From assembly GCA_012026655.1 (NCBI GenBank), contig JAAILG010000062.1, forward strand, positions 1 through 64,000: 64,000 nucleotides of DNA. The letters run 5' to 3'. The stretch is from Hydrolagus affinis. Taxonomy: Eukaryota. Below, in pieces: positions 25,803 through 39,139 of this stretch. The notes beneath the pieces were generated by a model. The model saw nothing but the letters and a program-made list of their open reading frames with translations. It ran no database searches and had not been told where the DNA came from. The translations under genes were made by a program, and so were the position numbers. How positions within the stretch are numbered: position 1 is the first letter of the stretch; each line of letters opens with the position of its first letter.

Positions 25803-26788
25803 CTATTGTATTCTTATAATGTTGGGTTTGACCTCATAGGCTCAATCTATTTAATTACCAACAGCTTGCTTAAATGTAGTGTCAATTGACTGCAAGGCAT
25901 AGCTGGGCATTTTTCATGTGCAAGTGCCAGAGGAGAAAGGAAGCTGTGTTTATACATTACACAAAAATCACAGATGGTCAGATGAATCGTAGACATATAT
26001 GAGTTCCCTGGTTGGGTCCAAGATTTAATGTGGGTGAGTGACTGTTCCACTTGTCTACAGACAAATGTAAGAAGAAACCAGAAACCTCAGGTGTTCATAA
26101 ATTCACCGTGACTGTCCATTGTTCTCAAAGTAATATTAGTTTTCAGGCAGTGCACAACGCAAATAAGGTATTAACTCATGGTGCCATCACATTGATATTG
26201 TGTTTTGTGCTTTCAGGCAGCAATGCTAAAGTCAACTATTGCACTGGCTGGGTTCAGTTAGGTTGCAGAGATTTCCAATCCACTGCTTTTTTTTAATCTT
26301 TAAATTAAAGCGTTACCACTTCATTAAAAAATTCACACTTTACTAACTGACGTTAACAAGTCACCAAAAGCTATGTAATTAGTATTTGCGTTGGTGGAAG
26401 AAAGCTGCAGTAAAATGTGCAGTGTTGCCACTTCACATATTATAGCACAATTTTGTCACACATAGTACTTTAAATGTAAATCAGACTGAAGCACGGAATG
26501 GTATCCAGCCAGGTTACGTTCATTTTGCATTTACAGGAATCTGATCATTAAATTTTTTCTTCAGTGATTTAAAAAAAATGTTTCTCAGTCTCCTTCAACC
26601 AAAATTCTTATTTGTAATGGCTGAACTGTATGTAAAATATTTTTAAAAATATATGTTTTGATTTTGAAAGGTTCCACTTCTGTGCGTTCCTTCAGCCTCA
26701 TTGTATTTCCAGAGCAGTTGCATTGATTTATGAACGTGCCTAAGTATGTGCCTGAGTTTATTTAAATTACAGAATAATAATGCAAATT

Positions 26789-26973
26789 GGGTCCTACACC
26801 AGGGCTTGAGCTCATAATCTAAGATGACACTTCAATGCAGGCAGTGCTGAATTGTTGGAGGTGCTGTCCTTCAGATGAAATGTTAAATGTGTGCCTGTTC
26901 TGGTGGCTCAGATGGACGTTAAAGACTCAATGATACCGATTTGAAGAAGGCACAGGGATTCTCTCGATGTCCT
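26789..26973 (+). mobile_element. Old DeuSINE internal fragment
   Basis: CTTGAGCTCATAATCTAAGATGACACTTC...TTGTTGGAGGTGCTGTCCTTCAGATGAAATGTTAAA...GGACGTTAAAGA. Confidence 0.8.
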
Positions 26974-29097
26974 ACTTCATTTTAAATTCCCTTAAAACAA
27001 AACCCAAATTAAATTTGTTAATCTCCCAAAATGCCAACAGCTTAAGGCCGTGTGCCACAAACCAGCAGTCCAAATTCACACATTTAACCAGCCATGCTCC
27101 AATAACGAGGAGTCCAACACCACTCTCCATTAACCAACAGGCCAACATTGAACTCCGCCAACCCACAGGCCCCTCAAACCAACTTGAGCCCCAATCATTG
27201 TGACAGTTGGAGAGGGGGCAGTCAAACTGCTGGATCAGTCAATAAATTAAGACATCGACTGGCCACATTTGTATTAACATGTTAATTAACACTGGTGTTA
27301 ATTAACACATCATTGGTCCCAATTTTCACCCTATGAACTCTGCAGTCAGATATTACCATTTTCCTCTCCTATCACATATTTGAGTTAATACAGAAATACA
27401 GTTTTATGTGTGAACAGTTTTCTCTGGTAAAATGTTGACTCAAATGGTGTGGATTCAATGTGTATTTGTCATCCTTTAAACTTAACATCAAATAAGAGGT
27501 TGTCAATTACACGGATGTGAAATGAAGTGAGAATAAGTCTCATCTTCTCTACTTGTTTTATGCTTGGGAGAGTGCAGGGAACTCTCATTTACAAGCTAGG
27601 CATAATTACTTGGAAAGTTATGTGCGGTTTTAAAAATCAAAATGATGTCTTATTCTCTCATAAAATAGCACATTTGCATTATTTCTGGAATACGAGGCAT
27701 GAACGTAAACGAGATTATTTATATCTGTCAGTTATGAGAATCTGAGTTTGTATCTATTTAATGAAAGCTTGTCAGCATTCATTTTTAAGACAAAATTCTC
27801 CATTTGTAATTGTATGTTGCTTTTGTCACTTTTTTTTTAGTAAATATGATAGATCTGTTTAATTTAACACACTTAATCTGGCCAACATTAATCTTGCAGG
27901 TCTAGCAAAGTCTTCTTCAGCAAAATATGCAGGATAATGATGATATCATTTTTCAATCCACAATATATGTATGTGAAACAATCTTAATCTTGGGAATAGG
28001 GACCTGGCTGTTTTAGTCCGTAGACCATAATTAGGTCTAGTTCATTAACTATGATAGAAATGGTATTGAGGTTATGTTATACAGTCCATGCCAATTATGG
28101 GCATGTTTGTTAAATGCATACTTAAATGTGTAGATTTTAAGAAGCTACATTTTCATTTCTATTTCTGCTAAAGTCAGTTGTGTTTTAAATGGATGAGAAT
28201 AAGGGTGCTTTTGTTTGAGTGTAGATTTACAGTCCAGCCACACAATGCACATTTCAGCAGCAGATTAATAGCCCCATTCCCACCTTTCAAAATGCTAATT
28301 CCTTCATATCTTACCTAAACACGTCAGTTTAACACTTCATAGTTCAATAAACAACAGAGCTTATGAATCTACGTTACACTTTGCACCCTGATCATATACA
28401 GTATTTGCAAAGGTTTGTAAAGTATTCTAAAATATCCCATTGTGTCATTCATAGCCACTGGCACCTTCTCATTTCTTTTCTTCTTTTGTTCTCTGTTACA
28501 TGAAAATTGAAAACAGGAGGATGAGAACACTTTTCCTTGAAACAGAACTGCTGTAAACTTACACGAGCCGTCAGCTAGCTATAGGAGGGTGATTTTTTTT
28601 AACAAAGTGTTTACTGCATTGTTTTCAAACAACTTTTGGAGAAATCAACATTTCCAAGATTTAAAACTCTATAATACCAAGCCACTCATACATCATGGAG
28701 ATTGTGTTGTTATCAATACCAAACTGTATATTACAGGCATACAAAAATTATTTTTAAAAAGACTACACCAGAATGTACCAGGCACAGTAAAAAAAAACTA
28801 TCATACCACCCAAAGCTAACTTGTCTCTTTGATGTCAGCGGAAAAAGTCTACATAACCCATTAGAAGTCTTAACTTGTAACCTATTTGGACATCTCATCC
28901 ATGAGAACCTGTGCAATGGTATTGTGCTTTATTCTTCCCTATTTCTTATTTCATGTGTCAGAAAACTTTGAGTATACCATCTGAAATACTTTGGAGTAAA
29001 TGATAAAGTTGCCTGTAATTTTGTGGTGTGGTTAATGTACCATTAATGTAAATTATGAGTGGAATTCTATAAACGTTAGGAAAGAGCAAAGTGTATT

Positions 29098-29369
29098 CAA
29101 CAACAACAACAACTGAAGCCTGATGTCGAGCCAGGGGGAGGGGGAAGGTGACCAGAGGCACATTCGAAGCGGAAAGATTTCAAGTGCAACCTGCAAATGG
29201 GGAGAGAGGGGGCAAGGTGAACGGATTGAGAGAGAGAGTTGTACAGCTTCGGGGCGTACTGGCTGAAAGTACGGCCGGCGATGGTGGTCAGGGAACAAGG
29301 AGGAGGCAAGAACCAGTCAAGCTGAGGCAGCGGGCAACAGTAAAGGGAGAGAGCAGGTCGGGGTGCCAG
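29098..29369 (-). mobile_element. L2 LINE 3' fragment
   Basis: Minus-strand peptide TIAGRTFSQYAPKLYNSLSQSVHLAPSLPICRLHLKSFRF matches the L2 ORF2 end 'GGRAFSxxAPKLWNSLP...FKxxLKTxLF'. Ends in (TTG)n. Confidence 0.9.
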
Positions 29370-30074
29370 TGCGTGATTACTTTTGGAATTAAAAAAAATT
29401 AACCATTAGCATCAGGGCAAGATTTTGGTTTATAACTGAATGGGAGCGATCAGACTCATGCAAACATGTTCTACTATGTCCAGCTCTGCATCATGTCTTT
29501 GATGACACATGGGCAACAGCTTGGTGGTATACACAAGACCACCTTGGAGGAAGCACAACCATAAAGCTACCGTGGCATTTTATTTCCAACCAGCTCAAGT
29601 TAACCTAAACCAAATGTGCAGACCCCTATTTTCCACATGGTATAAATTACAGCAAATTGTAGCCTGTTTCTGAGGGAATTTTAACTGCTAATTATGTAGG
29701 GGTGAATATTTCTGTTTAACTTTCAGCAGGTTGTGTGGCCATTCACTCCCTCCTGGACTGCGCTCTGGTGCCAAAATTCCAGGAGCAATGTGAAAGCATG
29801 CCAAAATGACACGAGTGGTAGGGTTCACATGTTTATCCATGTAACTCTGTGTGGAGTGAATATAAATGTGCAAGATTACAAAATGTCAGAAATAGGGCTA
29901 AGGCTAAGAGCTGAAACCTATCTATCTCTATTTGTTGAATTACTGCAATTTGATAAAGTTATTCTCTCCATTGTTAAAGCAAAATTTCTATTGCTGATGT
30001 CTACCTGTGGATTCTTAAAATGGCTAGGACTGGACATAGTTCTGAACATATCTTCACACTGTCAACTCCACCAC

Positions 30075-30217
30075 TTAGCATTTCAGCAATGTTCATCACC
30101 TACACTTACCTACACTACAACAGCCACTCCACTTTATAGGAAATACTGTGAAAAGTTTTGAGCTGTCCTCCTCCCTACGTGAAAGGCTCTGTACCAAATG
30201 TAAAGATTATTGTTATT
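30075..30217 (+). mobile_element. Diverged SINE 3' tail
   Basis: CTGTGAAAAGTTTTGAGCTGTCC...CGTGAAAGGCTCTGTACCAAATGTAAAGATTATTG. Confidence 0.7.
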
Positions 30218-30699
30218 TCAATGTAAATTTGAATAGCAAACTCATAAGGTTCAAGTTACAAAAGTGGATCAAGTATACGTGGATCAGTGCATTCAAGTGA
30301 TTGAAACGCAGGAAATGTCCATTACTGAAATGTCTTCTTTCTGGTTGCTGAGATTGTGATAACAATAGTTACAATAGTTGGCATTTTAATGCCAAGCAAA
30401 GCAGAAACTCTGTTACTGTCATAAGTAAGATTGGTGGAAGTCTGAACAAGGTTTAGGACTTTTTTATAAACCAATCTAACAAATTTTAACAAATATATCT
30501 GGTCTGCTGCTAATTGTTACTAAGGATTTCACTTAAACTGAAAACTTTTATTTTCTAGGTGTTTTGAGGGCATTTCATATCTTCACATCACAGTGTTTTT
30601 ATTGTCAATGCCTCTCTCTGTTTCTAAGCCTGTAAAATATATTTCAAGATACAGTACCTTTATAAATATCCAAACCTGTTCTCAACTTCTGCAGTTTTT

Positions 30700-31130
30700 A
30701 GAGCAATTTCCCATCAACTGTTTCTCTTTAGAATCTGTTCTTCACATCTGCTTCTTTCTGGTGGACTACAAATTATTTTAAGCATTAATCCCATATAAGG
30801 CAATTTAATTGTAAGTCTGTGTTTTCTTATTCTACTCTCCCTCTTTAGTTGGCCGTTTATGTCTACATGAGCTGTGCTGCTCATCATTTTAAACAACTGG
30901 ATCAAGACTCTGTAGCTATTCATACCTTGGAGCTTTGAGCCCCGGAGTTCACCCTGTTGCTCTTCTTTGAACTCTTTCCTATAGTTCAATATCCCTATGA
31001 AGGTAGAGTGGCCAAAAACCACCCACAATTTTCGAGATGTAACCAGAAGACTTGTCTGTCCAAGGTTAGAGTAATTGTTTTCGACTTAGTCAGTTCCCTT
31101 GAGATGCAACCTACTAATGCCTTGGACAAT
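30700..31130 (-). mobile_element. Degraded CR1 LINE ORF2 fragment
   Basis: Antisense of the 'PHLEYCVQFWSP..KDIELLERVQRRAT' region (GTTGCTCTTCTTTGAACTCTTTCCTATAGTTCAATATCCC; GGCCAAAAACCACCCACAATTTTCGAGATG). Confidence 0.75.
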
Positions 31131-31728
31131 GAGTATTACTTTGTTCAATGGGCAAAGCCCCTCTTTTTAAATCTGTGAAATGTTTCTGACTTGCAATGAT
31201 CGTCACCCCAAAGTGTGTATTACTTTCATTTAAAAGCATACAACAAATGGGTTATTTTCCAGGAAATTTATTTTCACTTTTTAACATGGTTTCATACTGC
31301 CCCATCAATCTGTAAATTCATATTTGAACAAAATATTTTCCAGTCCATACAGAGCTGGGTTGTTGGGGAGTGGGGAGGTTGGGAGAGAGAAGAGAAGAAA
31401 TGTGGTGATTGTGGGATTGAAAGTGAAACTATTGTATATTACAATACTATGATCATAGATTGTGTGAATATTCATATACTGAATGCATTTCCCAAGGCAA
31501 TTCTCTGATAAGATTAGTAGTACTTATTTTGATCAGAGTAGCAGAGCAATAGATAGATGTATTGTAGTTACTTTTTTGTTACAGTCCACAGACTAACATC
31601 AGAAAGATGCTTACACTAAATCATGCTTGACACTGAGGCAGGTGTGGTATGACATTGAGTGGGGTAGGTCTGGGAGCAGAAGAGAATCTGTGAAATATGT
31701 TGGAATGACAAAATAACACTAATATTGT

Positions 31729-31897
31729 ACAAGCATTTGATACAGCACCTTATCAAGTCTTCGAGACATTTCAAAGCGCTTCACTGAATTTCTTGTAAAA
31801 TTAATTGGCTGTATATTTTGTAGGTGAAATGCAGCAGCCAATTGCGCACATTGTCCTACAAACTGTCATGGACTGAGTGACCAATTTATTATTGTTT
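31729..31897 (-). mobile_element. SINE 3' half
   Basis: GCATTTGATACAGCACC...CAAAGCGCTTCAC...GCAGCCAATTGCGCAC...GAGTGACCAATTTATTATTG. Confidence 0.88.
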
Positions 31898-32827
31898 TAA
31901 AAAAAACTTAAGATGCAAAATTCCCAGTTTATGTTATTGTCCAAAATGAACTTTTGTTTTATGATATAGCTATTTGTTCATTTGAAAATACCCCAGCTTT
32001 ACATTGAATAAAGCAAGAGAAGTAAACAATATGCTTTGTCTCTTTTTTATAGTAAATCAGACAAAGATGCCTCAAAAAGCTGGGCCCAAATTACTTTATT
32101 CTGAAGCCTTTTAATATAAAATACAACGTATAAAGATTCTTTAGATTATTAACAACCTTCTGCATTTTTATATCATTTTGCAAAATAATCAGTGCATATG
32201 GAGTTTTTTTGTTAAATTCTTTTTTAAAAAAAGAGGAAACAATTAGGTAAAATAGTGTTCTCTGTAAATTTCTCCTATGCATTTTTAAAAATCGCAATAC
32301 AGAAGCAACCCACCTGGTGAGTTACAAACCAAAGTAACATTTATTTTCTGTCACAAATACTATTCTGTTAATAACGGTAAACAAAATCCGAGATTCTACC
32401 GGTTTGTGTTACAGATGGGTGACCCATGTAGGCAATGGTAATCAGTACTCATACTTGCAAACAACTGAATAGATTAGGGAATTTACCACTTATATGGGTT
32501 TGCCATGCTGAGTTCTAGTATTGAGCCAATGACCTGAACCATAGCTATAGGGTGTGCGAAATTCAGTGGTACAAATTAAACAGTTGCAACCAGATCTGCG
32601 TGCTCTGAGAATGAAGTTGTATGGATCTAAACAACAGGGATTGAGTTCCAATTGAATTTGGATAAAGGGGAATTTATTCATTTAAATCTGTATCACTGTA
32701 AATAATTCAATCATTAAAATGATTCTTTTAAAAAATTGCTGATATAATAGGTGGAAGATTCTGATTGGATTATTAATTACTGTAATTGGTTTCTAAAGGT
32801 AGAATGAAAAGTTACAAAATGCTGCAG

Positions 32828-32935
32828 TAATAATAATAATCCTTGAATTTGATGTAGCACCCTATTGGGTCATTGAGACATCTCAAAGTGCTTCACAGAA
32901 TGTACTGTAAAGGGAACTGACTATATTTTGTAGGA
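32828..32935 (-). mobile_element. SINE 3' tail
   Basis: (TAA)nTCCTTGAATTTGATGTAGCACC...CTCAAAGTGCTTCACAGAATGTACTGTAAAG. Confidence 0.88.
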
Positions 32936-35900
32936 GAATGTAGATTTTATTTTATTATTATAAGTGTTTAGTAAATATAATTTTAAGTATATTTAAAGAA
33001 CTGTGTGTATGCTGTATATGTAAAGGGCACAAGCCTCTCAGGGTTTTCACCTTCAAATCCACTCAAGGCTATTAATACCTAATCTATAATTACTATACTG
33101 ATTAATTACAGTGCAATTTTCTTTGAGAGACTGTTCCAAATGCACGTTCAATGCCCTGTTATTCATCTGGTCTATCAGTGATAGCGGTTGGGTTTTGTCT
33201 TAGCAATGACCTTTGGCCAGATTCAAGGTTCCTCCCACAAATTTATTTATTCATAATCCTAATCAGGAATTTCACCTCAGGCAGCAAGGAAAAAATTGTG
33301 GTTCATTAAGCATATTTTTATACCGTAGCTTTGCTATTATTCCTAATGTGGTTGATTGTACTTGGCATCCCCTCGCTTCCCTTCTGCCACACTCACAAAC
33401 GGCCACTTGCGCTTCAGATTTGATGCCAACACCCAGTTCGTCTGTTGCTTTCTCCCTCACAATTTTTTCCCCCAAATTGGCAGCAGCTTTATGAATTAGC
33501 AAAACCAGTTCCCAAGACACTGAAAGCAAAATAAAAAATTACTTTTCAATGCTCGCCAACTTGGCTCCCTTAATCTAGCACAGAGCCTTCTTGTGAGCTC
33601 TAAACTGCCTATGGCACAGTAAGCTAAATGATTAGTCTTATAAGACATTAACATTTGTGATTTTGAATCCAGATCCTTACTGCAGCTAATTGCCTGGCCA
33701 TATGTTTAAATATAAGGATAACAAAATCTGCTAATTGTCATCTTTAAAATGCGTTTAATCTTAAAGATGTTTCAGGAAATTCTATCGTTTTAAGATTAAG
33801 CACTTTGCTGCTGAGATTTTTTTTGCCGCAACGCTGTTTGCAACCACATTACCTCTTTCATCAGCCTATTGTGTTCAACCAATTGCTGTTGCTATGGCAG
33901 TAATGTTGGGCTGCTATTAGTTAGGCTTTTGTAAAGTTAAGTTAGAATTAGTTCCATTTGTTATTTCAGTCAGGTTTATACCTCGTTGAATCGTTTCTGA
34001 AAAGTGGGGTTTCATATGCGCCATTTCTAACTGGATCCCTTAAAAACGAAACTGGGCATAAATCACGCCAACCCACAGGAACTCCGCTCTGAAGTGGTCT
34101 GCGTGCTTTAAGGAGTTTGTGCAGGCAGCTCAGCGAGACGTACGTGATGTAATTCTGGTCACTGAATGGAGGCCCCACTCAGATTTCTTAGATTAACTAA
34201 TTGCATATTAAACTCCACCATTTTAGAATTTGAGAAATGCGGAAAAATAATCCATTGACGCCAAATGGAAAGATATCAAGTCAAGCGATAGCTTGGCTTA
34301 ATTTTTAGGGGAAAAATTTTGGTCTTGACTGACTCTGCTATGTGGCACTGAAAGGGTTACATTCTGATTTCCTTGCTAAATTTTGGAGAAAAAAAACCGT
34401 GGCAATTTTCTGTCACAGGTGATAAAAATGACTTTTGAGTTCAGATTTGGTCAGAAAGCTATTGATGTCATTAGTATAATCTATAGATCAGTCACCAAAC
34501 AGCAGGCATCGCTCTCAGCAATGTGTGCAGTAAATTAATTACCTTGTACTGTGGTTTTTACTTGGCTGAAGGATAAAACCCGAAGAAAATTACTGTTTTA
34601 CCAGAACATGTCTTATTCAAGCAAATAGGTTCAGACTTTTTGTTTTTTTTAAAAAAGAGAAGGATCCATTTGCAAATATGTTCATTGATTTTCTCTTACT
34701 ATCAGACGGGGATAAAGGATGAAAATAACACACTGTCAATCTTTGCTTGCCAAGTTAAAAAAAATCGATGCTTACTTCTGAAAAACATCAAATGACTGCA
34801 TTCCAAAATCACATCTGCTGTAATACTTGAGTAATTTCTGTGATTGCCTCCAATTCTTCAATGTACTTAGCAATAGCTATTTCTGTTGCTTTACCCTAGG
34901 CAGCGATTAACATACACTAATGAAATTTTTAAAAATTGCAAAAATACGTAATTCACTCAAACTAGAAAACAAGCAACGTTTGCAACCAGAGAAGGGTGAG
35001 GGAATCTATGTCTGCGATACATAGAGCGTTTTACCAGTGTTTCTTTTGATCTACTATCAAACCAGACTGGTTCAGTGAGATGTTATTTTCTGTCCATATT
35101 TTCATCTTTGCTATGTGTCATTTGTCCTCTGAACCAAGCCCCAATTCCCAGTAATGTCAGCCATTCAATCAGTTTTGCCAGAGAGGACCATCAAACCTTT
35201 TCTTTGAAAAAGCTGAATCATGCAGCCATGACTGGGAGTGGGCTGATCGAAAATAGATCATCAAAAAGGTTTGTGCACTATGGCAAAGACATGGGCTTAA
35301 TACCAGTTTTGACATTTAACCATTTGATCTGCAATTAGGAGGAACACTAACATAACCAACAAAATAAACATTGGATGTAGGAAACATTCCCTTTTCTCCC
35401 TTTTTCATTTTTGCTTTTCATTTCCAATTGATTCGGATAAAACACAAAAGTTAACACCTGAACAAATGAGAACACAAACCAAACACAGAGACAAACAAAG
35501 TGTTCTAGAAAAACACTATGGGTTGAAAAACTGATGCCATTTGAATGGGACTTGGCAGTTCTTTGTATGTAGTGTGGACATTTGACAAATATTGACTGCA
35601 GTTGAGGACTATAGTAGTAAACTATTACGGTACTTCAATACAGGAATCATCAGTTTACCTTATAGCTGCAAAGCTGCAGTCAATGTTTGTTTTAACATAC
35701 CCTTGGTTTAGATTGATTTTAAAAGGGGCTGTTTTGCTCAGGTCATAGCCTGGACTTTGCAGCATCAGCATACATCATTGTTGTGCTGCCTGCTGACATC
35801 TCTGACTGAAGAAGACTACCATCTGCCCAAGTTAATTTGTGGCTAATAGTATTTTGTATTTTCTCCTACAAGATAGCTTTTCAACTAATCATGTTTCGTA

Positions 35901-38699
35901 CTTGGGTCCAAAGGGATTATCAGTTTAGTTCTTTTTATAACTGCATTTGTTTTTGCAAACCAAGCAAAACTCTAATTCTGTGGACTCTGCTGTGGTAGAG
36001 AGAAAGGTAAAGAGAAAGCAAGCATGAATGTATGAATGGCTGAAGTCACAATGCTAAGGAGATTCATTTATTAATAAAAAGAGTGTAAATTAGATCAGTG
36101 AGGCATGAAAAGAAACAGAAATTATTTTTAAGAATAGTTGTGCAGTTTAGATCTTGTAGCGTATTGAAGCACCTCTGTTTAGTGACCTATAGACACTTTT
36201 ACTGCCGGGTAAAGGAAATTCTTGGCTGCTGGCTCCTGCTGAAAGTAAACTTGCCTTTTGTGTTTGTCTCCTCAGTTGCTGTCAAACTTTCTAATACTCT
36301 GCCCCTCCAGTGGTCTTAGGCAGATTAACTGGCCTAATTGGACTTAAGCTTCTGTGAACAGAAGAAAGAGGTGGAGGGATAGTCTCTCCAAGTCCTTCAG
36401 TCACTTCCTCTTGCTTGACTGGCCTGCCCAGCCATGCTGAAACTGTACTCATTGTCATGTTGGAGTGCATTAATTAGAGAGCAGACTAATTTTCAAGGAT
36501 GCACTCTGCCCTTTAGATGGTAATTTAAAATTGAAAATGATGTGAATTGTACAAAGGCATCCTGTTCTGGTGAACAGCCAGCTTTAGTGCAATTCTTCTG
36601 ATTTTTTTTTCTTAGCCTCTCTCTGTTTATTATTTGAACCAATTAGAATTGTTTGCCTTATCAAAAGGGGTAAAGTTATTCCTCGCAAACTACATCTTTT
36701 CACCTCCGAGCTTGCCATTCTGAGTAATCATTCTATATTTTGCTTCATCGTAAGACACGAAGATCCGTAGGAGAATGTCGCTTTGCTGTCAATCTTTAGC
36801 AAGTATTAACATTTTGTTTCCCCCACACCCTGATAGAGCAACATTCATGTAAAAATAATATTTTCCTACTTCTAAATTTCCAAATTCACCCATATTTTTT
36901 AAGGTAGCTTTGTATTGCATGTGAGACTAGTCAGTCTTATTATGTTAAGCTCTGCGAGGTTAACAGATGATCGATTAAGATATAGTGTTAGAACCAAAGG
37001 GCTGATTATGGTTAGAGCCTTTCATGATCTGCCCCAAAAGTTACAAACAAATGCATCCCGATTCCCGCCATCCTGCGGAGGTTGCGAGTGCAGAAAGGGG
37101 ATTTGCAACATTGCAGTGTTGGTTGTTCAGCATTTTCTGATCAGGAAGTCTCGATGGTTGTGAGGAGAGGTTTTAGAGGATGCTTGTACTGCTGTTTTCC
37201 ACATTCATTGAGAACATGAGTGCACATGCAGTTGTCACCCTGCCTCAGGCTAGGGGCAGTTTTCCTGCTCTCTCATCCTCCCATTATTTGTCAACAAGGC
37301 TCTGTTTCAAACCATTTTATTTTGCAGATCATCTGAATCTAAGTGCCAAAATGAAAAGAATTAGAAACTATTGTTTTGTATCGAGATTTACTTATGAGCT
37401 TTACTTTTTAAATAAAGAAGCTGAAGAAATCCTAACCAGTTTTGTTTTTAATAAATTTAGTTATTTTTAAATCTGTGCTAATCTTTCGCTATTTTCCCTT
37501 TTAGTTGCTGTCCACAACCATTTGGAATAAACTCTAATGAAACTCACCCACAGAGGGCAGTTGAGTATGAATGCCATTCAAAACTGTTTCAGATGTGCTC
37601 TGTGTGAGAGTGCGATGCTATATGCATTACAGGCTCTCTTTTCCCCTTTGTGACTTGTAAAACATCACTTTGTAGGACATTTGGTAAGAAATGGCACTGA
37701 ACCATTTCATGAGATTGAACCATTCTGAAAGCATATTGTGTATAAATTACACTTTGCATGTTTGTGAAACCCAGTCAAAGTTAACCACTGCAAGTGTATA
37801 GTGTCTACTTAAGAAACTCTAATCTCAGCCCCATCAACTTTTATTATGTTCAGGATATTGCAAGTAGCTCCCACTTTATATTTAGTGAGAGTAACTTAAC
37901 GTAGATAAGTAAAAAATCAAGGTTTTGTTCCAAGCTGCAACAAATATGTAGAATTTGGCATAGAATAGAAAGTTAATGCTAAAATTGGAAAGATTTTGTG
38001 AAACATTTTCTGTCCTTTTGGCTTTGGCTTTCCTGATAAAATACAGCGGAATTTGTTTGGGACAATAACGACTCAACAATTTTTTTACCTCGTATGTTGC
38101 TGCCTGCTACAGGATGGAAAGAACTGACATTTTGTGGTCTGATAATTCTTCCGCACACTTCCTGTTTTAGATCAATATCTGCCACAACTTTGATACTTCA
38201 TCTTCTTTAAGAATGAGAAAAGCAGCTGTATCAGTATTAGCAGATGTATGGAGGGTACAGAAACAAAAAACAGACCCTATTTCTTACTGCAGTTTACAGG
38301 TGATAGTTGCCAGCAAGTCAGAATGTTCTCATTTACATAGAGCACTTTCAGTTTCCCCCCTGCTAGCCCATTATACTGTGTCCATCTTCTGATTATATAG
38401 CTGACAGCAAACAGCACCAGCTGATTAGCTTAATGTTTTCATCAATCATGACACTTTCATCGGGAAGCTCAAATGGCCCTTCAACTCTTGCAGACCAGTT
38501 GATGCCTTTTGCCATCTTCTGTTCCTCTTCAGGTTACCACGGCCTTGTCAGGACAGCATCTGAGTGTGGTTGGCAGGGTAGTTTCTCTGCATTTTAATGA
38601 ATCTCACGGGGAAGGTGACCTTAAAATGGAATGTGTTCCACAGTGATCGTGAGATCCCAAGATGAACAGGACTACATTTTTGTGTCCGGCAACAGTCCG

Positions 38700-38930
38700 A
38701 TGGTCTCAAAACCTGGTTCCTGTGCTTTATGACCTCCACAGCTCTGAGGACTGTGGACAAACCAGACCCTTGCCATTGCTCAACTCTCTCTGCAGACTCC
38801 TTCCTTTAAATCCTTTTTCATGTCAGTGCTCTCGTTTGCATTCCACCATTTCCTCTCAACGGTGCCACTTTCCTATCCCAACTTCCGTTGTGCCTGCCAA
38901 GCTGCTGTCTTCCTCTGCAAGCCACTGATA
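38700..38930 (+). mobile_element. Possible very old L2 fragment
   Basis: PVLYDLH resembles L2 'PVLxxLHWLP', followed by C/T-rich sequence typical of the L2 ORF2 end. Confidence 0.4.
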
Positions 38931-39139
38931 TCCACACCACGGGACTTTTAAAAGCAAATATAACAGGTCCCTTGTTCTTCATTTTTATCCCTTTTTAATT
39001 TACTGCTCTTAACTTTTGAACCTGTTTAATGGTTTCTTCTTTATTACCATGATAGTTTTTTAAAAACACAAATCCAGCCTGTTATTTAAGTAGTCAAATA
39101 ATAAAACAATGAAACAGTTTTCACCTTTGCTTAATATTA

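Noticed and set aside
29733-30161. 142-aa ORF
   Set aside because: No domain; ends inside a SINE tail.
33751-33801. Small hairpin TTAATCTTAAA...TTTAAGATTAA
   Set aside because: AT-rich 11-bp stem, too short and weak to call a miRNA or structured RNA.
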